Source: Candidatus Velthaea sp.
GTDB lineage: Bacteria; Vulcanimicrobiota; Vulcanimicrobiia; Vulcanimicrobiales; Vulcanimicrobiaceae
Direction of reading: 5' to 3'
DNA length: 61,645 nt
NCBI GenBank assembly: GCA_050012475.1
Contig: JBEKHC010000018.1
Span: 1-61,645, forward strand
Position numbers and translations under genes: made by a program. Under the pieces are notes generated by a model. The model was not told the DNA's origin. It made no database searches and was given only the letters and a program-made list of their open reading frames with translations. Below are positions 17,463-27,078 of this stretch, one piece after another (the stretch's first letter is position 1; each line of letters starts with the position of its first letter).

Positions 17463-19937
17463 GTGAAACGTTTGGAAGAACAAGTCCCGTCGTCCGCGTT
17501 CGGAGCGCTGCTGCGGCGGCACCGGTTGGCAGCCGGTCTTTCGCAAGAGGCGTTGGCGGAGCGCGCCCGGATGAGCGCGGTGGGGGTTAGCGCGTTAGAG
17601 CGTGGCCAGCGCCGCGCGCCCTACCGTGAAACCGTTGCGTTGCTCGCGCGGGCGCTCGACTTGCCGCCCGCCGCTGCGGCAGCGTTTGCCACGGCAGCGG
17701 CGGATGCGCGTCAGCGCACGCCGCACCGCGACAGCCCGGCACCGGCTGCTGCCAATAATTTGCCGCCGCACCTCACCTCGTTCGTCGGGCGGCAGCGCGA
17801 AGTCTGCGAGATCGCCGCCTTGGTCGCGGCGCACCGTCTCGTTACGCTCGTGGGCGCAGGCGGGATCGGCAAAACCCGCATCTCGCTCCACGTCGCCGCA
17901 CAACGGCTCGCGGACTGGAGCGACGGCGTTTGGCTCGTCGAGTTGGCGCCGCTGGGGATGGGCGAATACGTGCCCTCGACGGTCGCTCGCGCGATGGGAA
18001 TCACGCTCGCCGGCGACCGTAATCCGCTCGATGATCTCGTGCGTTTTCTCGCGTCGAAGCAGGCATTACTCGTCTTCGACAACTGCGAACACGTCATCGA
18101 ATCGGCGGCGCAGGCCGTCTCCGCAATCGTGCGCGGTTGCCCGCGCGTGACGGTCATGGCGTCGAGCCGTCAAGCGCTCGGGATTGCGGGCGAACAGACG
18201 TACCGGCTGCCGTCGCTCGATCTCCCAACGGTCGGTGATCTGGGGATCGTCAAAGCGCGCGACGCGCTACGGTTCGAGGCGATCGCGCTATTCGTCGAGC
18301 GTGCGCGCACGGTCGACAAGAATTTCGCGTTGAGCGATGACACGGCGTCGGACGTCGCGTGCATCTGCCGGCAGTTGGACGGCATTCCGTTGGCGATCGA
18401 GCTGGCCGCGTCGCGGGTCAAGGTTTTGAGCCCGCGCCAACTGCGCGACCGTCTGGCGGAACGATTTCGTTTGCTCACGGGCGGAAGCCGTGACGTCCTG
18501 CCGCGGCATCGGACGCTGCACGGGCTCATCGACTGGAGCCACGACCTGCTCGACGAACCCCAGCGCGTGCTCTTTCGCCGGCTCTCGATTTTCGCCGGCG
18601 GTTTCACGCTCGAGGGAGCCGCCAGCGTCTGCAGCGACGGCGACTCGACCGAGTTCGAGATCCTCGATGTACTCGCGTCGCTCGTCGACAAGTCGCTGGT
18701 CCTCGCCGAAATCTCCGGGGACGTGCCGCGCTACCGCTTGCTCGAATCGACGCGGGCATATGCTGCGGAGAAGCTGACGCAAGCGGGTGAGGCGGAGGGC
18801 ATTGCGGATCGTCACCTGCGCTATCTGTGCGACCGCTTCGAAGCGCTGCGTGAACGCATGGAACGGACCGCGCGTGAAACCGAACGCGATGATGCCTTTG
18901 GCACGGACTTGGACGACATTCGCGCCGCGCTCGACGCCGCCCAGCGGCGCGGGGATGGGCTGGGGGGCGCGGCACTCTTGGCCGAGATCGGAGACGCCTG
19001 GATTGCGCGCGGTCTGAGAGCGGAGGGCATACGCCGTTGCGAGACGTTGCTCGAAACGGTGCCGCGCAATGAGTCACTCCTGCTGACCCGGTTAGCGACG
19101 GCCTTGAGCTGTCTTGTCGGTCGGGAGTCGCAGGAACGCTCGGTAGCCGCCGCTGCGCAAGCAATTGTCTACGCGCGCGAAAGCGGAAGCCGTTTGCAAC
19201 TCGGTTACGCACTCAGCCGGTACGCCTGGGGAAACTTATCGATGGGCCGTACCGGCGAGGCGGATATCGCGCTGACGGAAGCCGAAACGGTTCCCGACGT
19301 CTCAACCTGGCTACGCGTGGATTTGCTTCGGAGCCGGGCATTTCTTGCGTATCTGAGCAACGACGCCGAGACCGCCGCGCGCATTTGGGTTCGGGTGCGC
19401 ACGGAACAGCGCACCGCGGGAAATGTGCGTGGTGAGCTGTTAGCCGCACTCAACCTCGCCGAGGTCGAGTTCGGCCGGGGGCAAACGCAGCGAGCGATTG
19501 CCCTTGCTCACGAAACGCTTTCCATGGTGCGGGGCGGCACTGATGCCGACATGCTTGCCAATGCGCTCTCGAATCTGGCCGGCTATCTCATCGCGACGGA
19601 CGATCTCGACGACGGCGTGGCGGCGGCCGGCGAGGCGATCCGCCTGCTCGCGGTGCGCGATCCCGTGCACGCCAACATCCTGTTGGCGATCGATCGCCTG
19701 TCGCTCGTTTGTGCGCTGCGCGGCGACCTGACGCGAGCGGCCACGCTCGATGGATACGTAGCGGCTGCATTCGAGCGAGCCGGATACCAGCGCGAGTCGA
19801 CCGATGCGATCACGCACGACCGTCTGATCGCGTTGCTGCGCCTGGGCCTCGACCCCGGCGACCTCGCACGCTTCGCGGCGGAAGGTGCTGCATACTCGCC
19901 CGAGGCGGCGATCTTCTTGGCAACCGAAGAGCGTTAG
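17463..19937 (+). CDS. XRE-HTH + STAND/NB-ARC ATPase + TPR transcriptional regulator
   Basis: GLSQEALAERA HTH; Walker A GAGGIGKT; VFDNCEH; LDGIPLAIELAA; helical C-terminus. Confidence 0.92.
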   Translation: MKRLEEQVPSSAFGALLRRHRLAAGLSQEALAERARMSAVGVSALERGQRRAPYRETVALLARALDLPPAAAAAFATAAADARQRTPHRDSPAPAAANNLPPHLTSFVGRQREVCEIAALVAAHRLVTLVGAGGIGKTRISLHVAAQRLADWSDGVWLVELAPLGMGEYVPSTVARAMGITLAGDRNPLDDLVRFLASKQALLVFDNCEHVIESAAQAVSAIVRGCPRVTVMASSRQALGIAGEQTYRLPSLDLPTVGDLGIVKARDALRFEAIALFVERARTVDKNFALSDDTASDVACICRQLDGIPLAIELAASRVKVLSPRQLRDRLAERFRLLTGGSRDVLPRHRTLHGLIDWSHDLLDEPQRVLFRRLSIFAGGFTLEGAASVCSDGDSTEFEILDVLASLVDKSLVLAEISGDVPRYRLLESTRAYAAEKLTQAGEAEGIADRHLRYLCDRFEALRERMERTARETERDDAFGTDLDDIRAALDAAQRRGDGLGGAALLAEIGDAWIARGLRAEGIRRCETLLETVPRNESLLLTRLATALSCLVGRESQERSVAAAAQAIVYARESGSRLQLGYALSRYAWGNLSMGRTGEADIALTEAETVPDVSTWLRVDLLRSRAFLAYLSNDAETAARIWVRVRTEQRTAGNVRGELLAALNLAEVEFGRGQTQRAIALAHETLSMVRGGTDADMLANALSNLAGYLIATDDLDDGVAAAGEAIRLLAVRDPVHANILLAIDRLSLVCALRGDLTRAATLDGYVAAAFERAGYQRESTDAITHDRLIALLRLGLDPGDLARFAAEGAAYSPEAAIFLATEER

Positions 19938-19976
19938 CGGCGCCGGTCGTTCGTCCCCGAATGCGGTCCCCGGAGG

Positions 19977-20819
19977 TCAGCGATGTTTGGCGCGGCGCGC
20001 AAACGTCAGTCCGATCGCGACGATGGCGAGCGTGCCGGCCAACGTGAACGCCGCGACGATGTCGGCGCCGTCGTACAGATTGGAGATCTGCAGCGAGACG
20101 GTATCGGTCAAACCGCGGATGCGGCCCGAGATCACGGCGACGGCGCCGAATTCGCCCATCGCGCGGGCGTTGCACAGCAGCACGCCGTTGAGGAAGGCGC
20201 CGCGGATCTCCGGAAACGTGACCCGCCGAAATGCCTGCCACGTCGTTGCGCCCAACGAGATCGCGGCCTCTTCCAATTCGCGGCCCTGTTCGCTCATGAG
20301 AGCGATCAGTTCGCGAGCGACGTACGGGAAGGTGACGAAGATCGTTGCGACCACGATGCCCGGCCGGGCGAAGGCGATCGGAAACCCGTGATGCGCGAAC
20401 CACGCGCCCAGCGGCGAGCGCGTTCCGAACGTCAGCAACAGCGCGAGCCCGGCGACGACGGGGGACACGGTGAGCGGCAAGTCGATGAGTGCCTGCAGGG
20501 CGGCTTTGCCCGGGAAGCGATATTTGGTGAGCGTCCAGGCCGCGATCAAACCGAAAGCGGCGTTGAACGCGACCGCAATGAGCGCAGCGCCGATCGTCAG
20601 CGCGATGGCGGCTTGCGTCTCGCGATCCGCGAACGTCGCCAGCATGCTTCCGAGCCCGGCCCGCGCGGCTTCGTAGACGATCTCGCCCAGCGGCGCAACG
20701 ATGAAGACCGCGAGCAGCAGCGCGGCGAGACCGATCGCGGCGCGGGCGCGCCAACTCAACGTGCGGCGGTGCGCCGCGGGCGCGTCATTCACGAGCGGAC
20801 GCCGGGCGGCCGCGATCAC
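19977..20819 (-). CDS. cysW: Sulfate ABC transporter permease
   Basis: LIDLPLTVSPVVAG, EEAAISLGA, ARAMGEFGA; GTG overlaps the cysT stop. Confidence 0.9.
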   Translation of the reverse strand: MIAAARRPLVNDAPAAHRRTLSWRARAAIGLAALLLAVFIVAPLGEIVYEAARAGLGSMLATFADRETQAAIALTIGAALIAVAFNAAFGLIAAWTLTKYRFPGKAALQALIDLPLTVSPVVAGLALLLTFGTRSPLGAWFAHHGFPIAFARPGIVVATIFVTFPYVARELIALMSEQGRELEEAAISLGATTWQAFRRVTFPEIRGAFLNGVLLCNARAMGEFGAVAVISGRIRGLTDTVSLQISNLYDGADIVAAFTLAGTLAIVAIGLTFARRAKHR

Positions 20820-21640
20820 AGCGCAGTGCGGGCCAGCGTCATGCGGCGCTGAAAGCCGTTGATGGCCAGCAGCATTGCGAACGAGACGCCGAGCAGAACG
20901 ACCGCGATCGCCGCGGCGCCGGCGTAGTCGTATTCTTCGAGCCGGGTGACGATCAGCAGCGGCGCGATCTCGGTATGACTGGGGATGTTGCCGGCGATGA
21001 AGATGACCGACCCGTATTCGCCCAGCGTGCGCGCGAGCGCGAGGGTGAGCGCCGTGAGCAGCGCCGGCGCGAGCAGCGGCAGCGTCACGCGCACAAAGAT
21101 GGTCCATTCGCTCGCGCCCAGCGAGGCGGCAGCTTCGGTGAACGCTGCCGGAAGCTGCGAGAGCGGTTCTTGCACGGTGCGGACCACGAACGGAAATGCG
21201 ACGAACGACAGGGCGACCCCGATGCCGAGCTGCGTATAGGCCACGTGGAAGCCGTGCGCTTCGAGCCAACCGCCGAAAGCGCCGTGCACACTGTAGAGCA
21301 TCGCGAGGGTGATGCCGGTGACCGACGGCGGCAACGCGAACGGGATGTCAACGAGCGCGTCGAGCGCGGCGCGACCGGGAAAGCGATAGCGCACGAGGAT
21401 CCACGCGACGAACAGACCCGCGACCAAGTCGACGCCCGACGCTCCCAGCGCCGCGCCGAAGGTTAACCGGAATGCCGCCAATGCGCGCGGCGCGAGCACC
21501 GCGTTCGCAAACGCCGCCGCGCCGACGCCGTGCAGCGAGAAGACCAGTGCCGCCAGCGGGATGACGACCACCGCCGTGACGAGTGCCAGCGTCGTTCCCA
21601 ACAGGAGCGGACGGCCGGGAATGGTTTCGCGCGCGCTCAC
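20816..21640 (-). CDS. cysT: Sulfate ABC transporter permease
   Basis: [29 protein letters not shown]. Confidence 0.92.
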   Translation of the reverse strand: MSARETIPGRPLLLGTTLALVTAVVVIPLAALVFSLHGVGAAAFANAVLAPRALAAFRLTFGAALGASGVDLVAGLFVAWILVRYRFPGRAALDALVDIPFALPPSVTGITLAMLYSVHGAFGGWLEAHGFHVAYTQLGIGVALSFVAFPFVVRTVQEPLSQLPAAFTEAAASLGASEWTIFVRVTLPLLAPALLTALTLALARTLGEYGSVIFIAGNIPSHTEIAPLLIVTRLEEYDYAGAAAIAVVLLGVSFAMLLAINGFQRRMTLARTAL

Positions 21641-22644
21641 TTGCCGGAGATTTGGTCGAAGACGGCGCCGTCGGCAAAGAAGCGCGCCTGAACCGCGTTC
21701 CAACCGCCGAAGCTGTCGATCTTCACCAGGTCGGTGCGCGGAAACGCCGTTCCGCACGAACCGAGCACCGTCGCCAGCGTCGGGCGATAGCCGAATTTGC
21801 AGGCCAACCGCTGCGCCGCAGGCGTGTACAAGAACTCCAGATAGGCTTTGGCCGCGTCGGCGGTTCCGTGCCGTTGCACGTTGGCGTCGATCCAGGCGAC
21901 GGACGGCTGCGCGAGCACGCTTACCGACGGCACGACGATCTCGTACTCGCCCGGCGTTTTGGAGGTGATGAAGTGGGCTTCGTTTTCCCACGCCAGCAGC
22001 ACGTCGCCGATGCCGCGCTCGACGAAGGTCGTCGTCGAGCCGCGCGCACCGCTGTCGAGGACCCCGACATTTTTATACAGCGCGGCGACGAAGTCGCGTG
22101 CCTTGCCGTCGGCGTTGTGATTGCGCTTGAGCGCGTAGGCGTACGCGGCCAGAAAATTCCAGCGCGCGCCGCCGCCGGTCTTCGGGTTGGCGGTGACGAC
22201 GTTGACGCCCGGCGCGACGAGGTCATTCCAGTCCCGGATGTGTTTGGGATTGCCCTTGCGCACGACGAAGACGATGGTCGACGTGTACGGGCTCGAGTCG
22301 TGCGGCAGCCGGTGTTCCCAGTCGTGGGCGATCGATCCCGTCTTCTGGGCGATGGCATCGACGTCGTAGGCCAGCGCGAGCGTGACGACGTCGGCGTCCA
22401 GCCCTTCGATGACGGCCCGCGCCTGCGCCCCCGAGCCGCCGTGAGACTGATTGACCGTCACGCTCTGGCCGGTTTTCGATTTCCAATACGCGACGAAGAG
22501 CGGGTTGTACGCGGCGTAAAACTCGCGGGTTGGATCGTAGGAAACGTTGAGCAGCGTGATCGGCGGCGTGTCGGCCGCGCGCACCGGAGCAGCCAGCAGC
22601 AGCGCACCGAGCGCCAAAACGGCGCCGCGCAAGAGAACGTGCAT
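21637..22644 (-). CDS. sbp: Sulfate/thiosulfate-binding protein
   Basis: [33 protein letters not shown]. Confidence 0.95.
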   Translation of the reverse strand: MHVLLRGAVLALGALLLAAPVRAADTPPITLLNVSYDPTREFYAAYNPLFVAYWKSKTGQSVTVNQSHGGSGAQARAVIEGLDADVVTLALAYDVDAIAQKTGSIAHDWEHRLPHDSSPYTSTIVFVVRKGNPKHIRDWNDLVAPGVNVVTANPKTGGGARWNFLAAYAYALKRNHNADGKARDFVAALYKNVGVLDSGARGSTTTFVERGIGDVLLAWENEAHFITSKTPGEYEIVVPSVSVLAQPSVAWIDANVQRHGTADAAKAYLEFLYTPAAQRLACKFGYRPTLATVLGSCGTAFPRTDLVKIDSFGGWNAVQARFFADGAVFDQISGK

Positions 22645-22650
22645 GACGGC

Positions 22651-23631
22651 CTAACTCGCCGCTGCGGCGAAGGTATGCGTGCGGCGCGGCGCGAGGAACA
22701 CCCGGCCGCCGACGTGCGGTGCGATGGTCTGCGCTTCGCCGTCGGTTATTTCCGCGCTGATGTCCTGCCCGTCGTCGGTCACGACGTCGATTTGCACGCG
22801 CCAGCCCAGCCGCACGATGCGGCGCACCGAACCGGCGAGCGCGTTGCCGAACGGCCGGTTTTGCAGTTCGAATTCGTGGGGACGCACGTAGAGCGCGGAT
22901 TTGTCGTCGCCGTTGATGACGTTTGCCGTGCCCAAGAAGCGCATTGCGAACGGCGACTGCGGCGCGGCGTACAGTTCCTGCGGCGTTCCGGTTTGCGCGA
23001 CGCCGCCGTCTTCGAGCAAGATGATGTTGTCGGCCAACTCCATCGCTTCGTCGGCATCGTGCGTGACGAGGATCGTCGTGACGTGCGTGCGTTCGTGCAG
23101 ATCGCGCAGCCAAGAGCGCAGGTCGCGCCGGACGTGCAGATCGAGCGCAGCGAACGGCTCGTCGAGCAGCAAGATCGATGGTTCCGCGGCCAGCGCCCGG
23201 GCCAAGGCGACGCGCTGGCGTTGACCGCCCGAGAGTTCGCGCGGCAAGCGCGATTCGTAGCCGTCCAACCGCACGAGCGCGAGCAATTCCTTGACGCGCG
23301 CGGCCGTGCTGCGGCGCGGCAGGTTGCGCACGTCGAGGGCAAAGCCGACGTTCGCGCCGACGGTCATGTGAGGAAAGAGCGCATAATTCTGCGCCACGAA
23401 GCCGATGCCGCGGCCGCGCGCCGGAACGTTCGAGACGTCCTTTCCTTCGATGCGGATTGCGCCGCGGTCGGCATGATCGAAGCCCGCGATGATGCGCAGC
23501 AGCGTCGATTTGCCGCAGCCCGAGGGGCCCAGCAGCGCGGCAAGCGAGTTCCGTTCGACCGTCGCGCCGACGTCTTTGAGCGCGCGCACCGGGCCATACG
23601 CTTTGGTGATGTTTTCGAGAACGATGCTCAT
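22651..23631 (-). CDS. cysA: Sulfate ABC transporter ATPase
   Basis: GPSGCGKS, LSGGQRQR, LLLDEPF, TOBE-like C-terminus. Confidence 0.92.
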   Translation of the reverse strand: MSIVLENITKAYGPVRALKDVGATVERNSLAALLGPSGCGKSTLLRIIAGFDHADRGAIRIEGKDVSNVPARGRGIGFVAQNYALFPHMTVGANVGFALDVRNLPRRSTAARVKELLALVRLDGYESRLPRELSGGQRQRVALARALAAEPSILLLDEPFAALDLHVRRDLRSWLRDLHERTHVTTILVTHDADEAMELADNIILLEDGGVAQTGTPQELYAAPQSPFAMRFLGTANVINGDDKSALYVRPHEFELQNRPFGNALAGSVRRIVRLGWRVQIDVVTDDGQDISAEITDGEAQTIAPHVGGRVFLAPRRTHTFAAAAS

Positions 23632-24167
23632 GCTGCCACCGCCGCGTCCAGGTAACCGGCGCGTTCCAGATGTTGAACGATCGCCGCGACGCTCTCTTCG
23701 ACCGTCTGGGTGGCGCTGTTCACGATCACGTCGGGCGCTGCGGGTTCTTCATAGGGGTCGGACACGCCGGTGAAGTTCGCGATCTCGCCGCGCAGTGCGC
23801 GGGCGTACAAACCCTTGACGTCGCGCCGGGCGAGCTCATCGAGCGGGCAGTTCACGAAGACTTCGACGAAATTCCCGATCGCTTCGCGGGCCGCCAGACG
23901 CGCTTGGGCATAGGGTGAGATCGCCGCAGTGATCACGACGACGCCGTGTAGGGTCAGCAGTTTGGCGACGAACGCGATCCGCGCGACGTTCGCGTCACGA
24001 TCCGCGCGCGAGAAGCCCAAGCCCGCGGAAAGATGCGTGCGGACCTCATCGCCGTCGAGAATCTCGACCGCGCGGCGACGGGCTGTTACTTCCGCGTGCA
24101 ATCGCTCGGCGATCGTCGATTTCCCGGCGCCGGACAATCCGGTCAGCCATACGGTCACGCCTGGCAC
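23628..24167 (-). CDS. cysC: Adenylylsulfate kinase
   Basis: WLTGLSGAGKST, LDGD, RDVKGLY, FTGVSDPYE; AAGGAG SD before GTG. Confidence 0.95.
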   Translation of the reverse strand: MPGVTVWLTGLSGAGKSTIAERLHAEVTARRRAVEILDGDEVRTHLSAGLGFSRADRDANVARIAFVAKLLTLHGVVVITAAISPYAQARLAAREAIGNFVEVFVNCPLDELARRDVKGLYARALRGEIANFTGVSDPYEEPAAPDVIVNSATQTVEESVAAIVQHLERAGYLDAAVAA

Positions 24168-24871
24168 GGTGGGTTCTCCTTTGCAGCCTCGCTGGTGGCT
24201 CCCGGATAGTGCAGCCCGCATTCCGTTTTTGTGAAGCCGGCCCAACGTCCGGCGCGCGCGTCCTCACCGGCACCGACGCGGCGCGTGCACGGAACGCAGC
24301 CGATGCTCGCGTAGCCCGCATCGACGAGCGGATTGTGCGGAATGCGGTGTTCATCGGCGTAGGCCGCCACGTCGGCGTCGGTCCACGACGCAAGCGGGCT
24401 GACCTTCATAACGTTCGATCCAGCGTCCCAAGTGATGGGCAGCACATCCTGACGCGAAGCGATGGCCGCTCGGTGCAGACCGGTGATCCACGCGTCGTAC
24501 TGCTTGAGAAAGGCCCGTTGCGGTTGAACTTTCCGGATCGCGCAGCACGCATCCGGATCTCGTTCCCAAAGCGCGTCGCCGTGGATGCGGGCCTGCTCAT
24601 CGAGCGAGATCTCGGGCTGCACGGCGCGTACCGAAATTGCATAGCGCGCTTCGATCTCGCGAATGAAGGCATAGGTCTCGGGAAAGAGCAGGCCGGTATC
24701 GAGGTAGTACACGGGAAGCGTCGGCTCGATGCGCAGCGCGATATCGAGCAGCACGAGGCCGCCGAGTCCGCCGAAGGAAGCGGCAAGCACGATCCGTTCC
24801 CGGTACGTACGCAACGCCCAGTGCAGGGTCTCCGCTGCGCTCTCGATCGTGGGTGGTGATACGCTGATGAT
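24155..24871 (-). CDS. cysH: APS/PAPS reductase; probable ATC start at 24871
   Basis: LDTGLLFPET, CCAIRK, SIGCVPCT, RAGRW, KTECGLH; the CC and CxxC pairs suggest the Fe-S type; reading frame extends upstream of the first TTG. Confidence 0.9.
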   Translation of the reverse strand: MISVSPPTIESAAETLHWALRTYRERIVLAASFGGLGGLVLLDIALRIEPTLPVYYLDTGLLFPETYAFIREIEARYAISVRAVQPEISLDEQARIHGDALWERDPDACCAIRKVQPQRAFLKQYDAWITGLHRAAIASRQDVLPITWDAGSNVMKVSPLASWTDADVAAYADEHRIPHNPLVDAGYASIGCVPCTRRVGAGEDARAGRWAGFTKTECGLHYPGATSEAAKENPPCQA

Positions 24872-24905
24872 GGCTGGCCTCTACCTGTTCTTCGGAGTTC
24901 AGACG

Positions 24906-24938
24906 AAAAAAAAGAACCTCGCCGACCGGCGAAGCTCT
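24906..24938 (-). terminator. Attenuator terminator upstream of cysH
   Basis: Minus strand agagcttcgcc-ggtc-ggcgaggttct followed by a T run. Confidence 0.85.
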
Positions 24939-24977
24939 TTCTCACGAACGTTTGTCAGCGTTCTGCGCACGAAGAGT

Positions 24978-25037
24978 TCACGCCGATCGAAAACGACCGC
25001 CGGGACAACACGAACAACAACACGACAGGGAAAACAT
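24978..25037 (-). CDS. Poly-Cys leader peptide MFSLSCCCSCCPGGRFRSA
   Basis: Five Cys, all TGT; ATG 6 nt after the -10; terminator downstream. Confidence 0.88.
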   Translation of the reverse strand: MFSLSCCCSCCPGGRFRSA

Positions 25038-25043
25038 CTGGAG

Positions 25044-25073
25044 AACATACCATGGGGCCGCCGGTTGCGTCAA
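25044..25073 (-). promoter_or_regulatory. sigma70-type promoter of the cysH operon
   Basis: TTGACG-18 nt-TATGTT with TG extension. Confidence 0.75.
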
Positions 25074-25139
25074 TAAAAGCAAGCAGGCGTGCCGCGCCGC
25101 CGCTCCTGCTTGCCTCGCCGCTCCGAACGAGACGGCCGC

Positions 25140-25168
25140 TTGACGGTACCCCCGGAACGTGCTAACGT
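25140..25168 (+). promoter_or_regulatory. sigma70-type promoter of the sulfite reductase gene
   Basis: TTGACG-17 nt-TAACGT with TG extension. Confidence 0.7.
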
Positions 25169-25177
25169 CCTCGCCAT

Positions 25178-25255
25178 ATGACGAAACCGTCATGCCGTTG
25201 TTGGGAATCGATGTGTTGCCGCGGGCGGTTGCGGCGGCGTTTCATCTTGGAGTAG
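25178..25255 (+). CDS. Cys-rich leader peptide MTKPSCRCWESMCCRGRLRRRFILE
   Basis: Four Cys in nine codons; directly after the promoter; terminator downstream. Confidence 0.75.
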   Translation: MTKPSCRCWESMCCRGRLRRRFILE

Positions 25256-25285
25256 AGCGGAAAACTCGGACCGCCGTCCCGTGTG

Positions 25286-25320
25286 AACCTTCGCCCTCCG
25301 GATTCGGCGAAGGTTTTTTT
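25286..25320 (+). terminator. Attenuator terminator upstream of the sulfite reductase
   Basis: aaccttcgcc-10 nt-ggcgaaggtt followed by a T run. Confidence 0.85.
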
Positions 25321-25396
25321 GTATCGATAAGATCCTTTCGTATCACTTGAAACGTGCGACCTCGCTGGGGTCCACGGAGGTTTGGTAGATCAATCG

Positions 25397-27049
25397 ATGA
25401 GTAAGCTCGATGTCGAGGCCGTCAAAGTCAACAGCCAGGGGTTGCGTGGTCCCATACCCGAGGAACTCGCGGCGCCCACCGATCACTTCGGCGAGGAGGC
25501 CTCGCTGCTGCTCAAGTTTCACGGAACGTACCAGCAAGACGATCGCGACGCGCGCAAGACGATGCGCGAACGCGGTGCTCCGGGACGCGATTATTCGTTC
25601 ATGGTGCGCACCAAAAATCCGGGCGGGTTTCTGCCGGCTGATTTTTACCTCGCCGTCGACCGGCTGGCTGACGAGTTCGGCAACGGAACGATCCGCGTCA
25701 CCACCCGCGGCGGACTTCAATTGCACGGGATCCGCAAAGCCAATCTGCGTGAAACGATCGCGCAGATCAACGCGCATCTGGGCTCGACGCTCGGCGCGTG
25801 CGGCGACATCAACCGCAACGTGATGGCCTCCCCGTTCCCCTTCGCGAGCCCGCCGTACGTCGCGGCGCGCAAGGCGGCCCACGAGATCGCGGAGCTGTTG
25901 ACCCCGCGCGCGACGGCGTACTACGAGATCTGGCAAGACGGCGAGATCGCGCATACAACGGAGCCGGCCGACGAACCGCTTTACGGCAAAGCATTTTTAC
26001 CGCGTAAATTCAAGGTCGCGGTCGCCGTGCCGGGTGACAACAGCGTCGACTTGTACACCAACGATCTGGGCGTCGTGCCGATCGTCGAGACCGGCGGCGG
26101 CGTGGCGGGGTACGATCTCACGGTCGGCGGCGGATTGGGCATGACGCACGGGAAAACGGCGACCTATCCCCGGTTGGCCGACGAGTTTGCGTTCGTGCCC
26201 GCGGCGCGGCTGCTCGACGCCGTGCGCGCGATCGTCATCGTTCAGCGCGACAACGGCGACCGGAGCGACCGCCGGCATGCGCGGCTCAAATATCTCATCG
26301 CCGACCGCGGGTTGGCTTGGTTCCGCGAGCAGGCCGAAGCCGTCGCGGGTTTCCGGCTGGAAAACTGGCGTCCGCTGCCCGCTTGGACGTCGCCCCAATT
26401 CCTGGGTTGGCAGGCGACGGGGGACGGCACCTGGTTCTACGGCCTTTCGATCGCCAACGGCCGCGTCGGCGGCGGGCTCAAAGCCGCGCTGCGCGACGTC
26501 GTGCGTGAAACCAAAGCGGACCTGGTCGCAACGCCCGATCAAAACCTCATCGTGACGGGGATCGGTCCGGCCGGGAAAGCAGCCGTCGATGCCATCCTGG
26601 CAAAGCACGGGGTTGCCGCTCCCGAGACGCTGTCGGTGCGCGAAAAAGTCGCGATGGCCTGTCCCGCGCTGCCCACGTGCGGGTTGGCGCTCGCCGAGTC
26701 TGAACGCGTGCTGCCCTCGATTGTCGGTCAGATCGACGCGGCCTTGACGCGCCTCAATCTTGCCGCCGATCCGATAACGATCCGCATGACCGGCTGTCCG
26801 AACGGGTGCGCGCGCCCGTATATGGGCGAGATCGGCATCGTGGGCGTCAGCGCCGACAAGTATACCTTGTATCTAGGCGGCAACGCCGCGTCGACGCGGC
26901 TCAATCGCGTCTATCGCGAAGGCGTGCGTGCGGCGGAGATCGCCGACGTGCTGACGCCGCTCTTCGCGCGCTGGGCGGCGGAACGCACGCCGGGCGAGGA
27001 ATTCGGCGATTTCTGCGTGCGTGCGGCGTGGGAGAAGATCGCTTCTTGA
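25397..27049 (+). CDS. sir: Sulfite reductase hemoprotein (siroheme/4Fe-4S; Sir/CysI family)
   Basis: KFHGTYQQDDRD, LPRKFK, ACPALPTCGLA, MTGCPNGC. Confidence 0.93.
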   Translation: MSKLDVEAVKVNSQGLRGPIPEELAAPTDHFGEEASLLLKFHGTYQQDDRDARKTMRERGAPGRDYSFMVRTKNPGGFLPADFYLAVDRLADEFGNGTIRVTTRGGLQLHGIRKANLRETIAQINAHLGSTLGACGDINRNVMASPFPFASPPYVAARKAAHEIAELLTPRATAYYEIWQDGEIAHTTEPADEPLYGKAFLPRKFKVAVAVPGDNSVDLYTNDLGVVPIVETGGGVAGYDLTVGGGLGMTHGKTATYPRLADEFAFVPAARLLDAVRAIVIVQRDNGDRSDRRHARLKYLIADRGLAWFREQAEAVAGFRLENWRPLPAWTSPQFLGWQATGDGTWFYGLSIANGRVGGGLKAALRDVVRETKADLVATPDQNLIVTGIGPAGKAAVDAILAKHGVAAPETLSVREKVAMACPALPTCGLALAESERVLPSIVGQIDAALTRLNLAADPITIRMTGCPNGCARPYMGEIGIVGVSADKYTLYLGGNAASTRLNRVYREGVRAAEIADVLTPLFARWAAERTPGEEFGDFCVRAAWEKIAS

Positions 27050-27078
27050 CGTGAGCTTTCGGCACCGGGCGGCCGGCG

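Noticed and set aside
17463..19937. Avs-type antiviral STAND NTPase
   Set aside because: The N-terminus is an XRE HTH and the layout matches common transcriptional regulators; no effector domain
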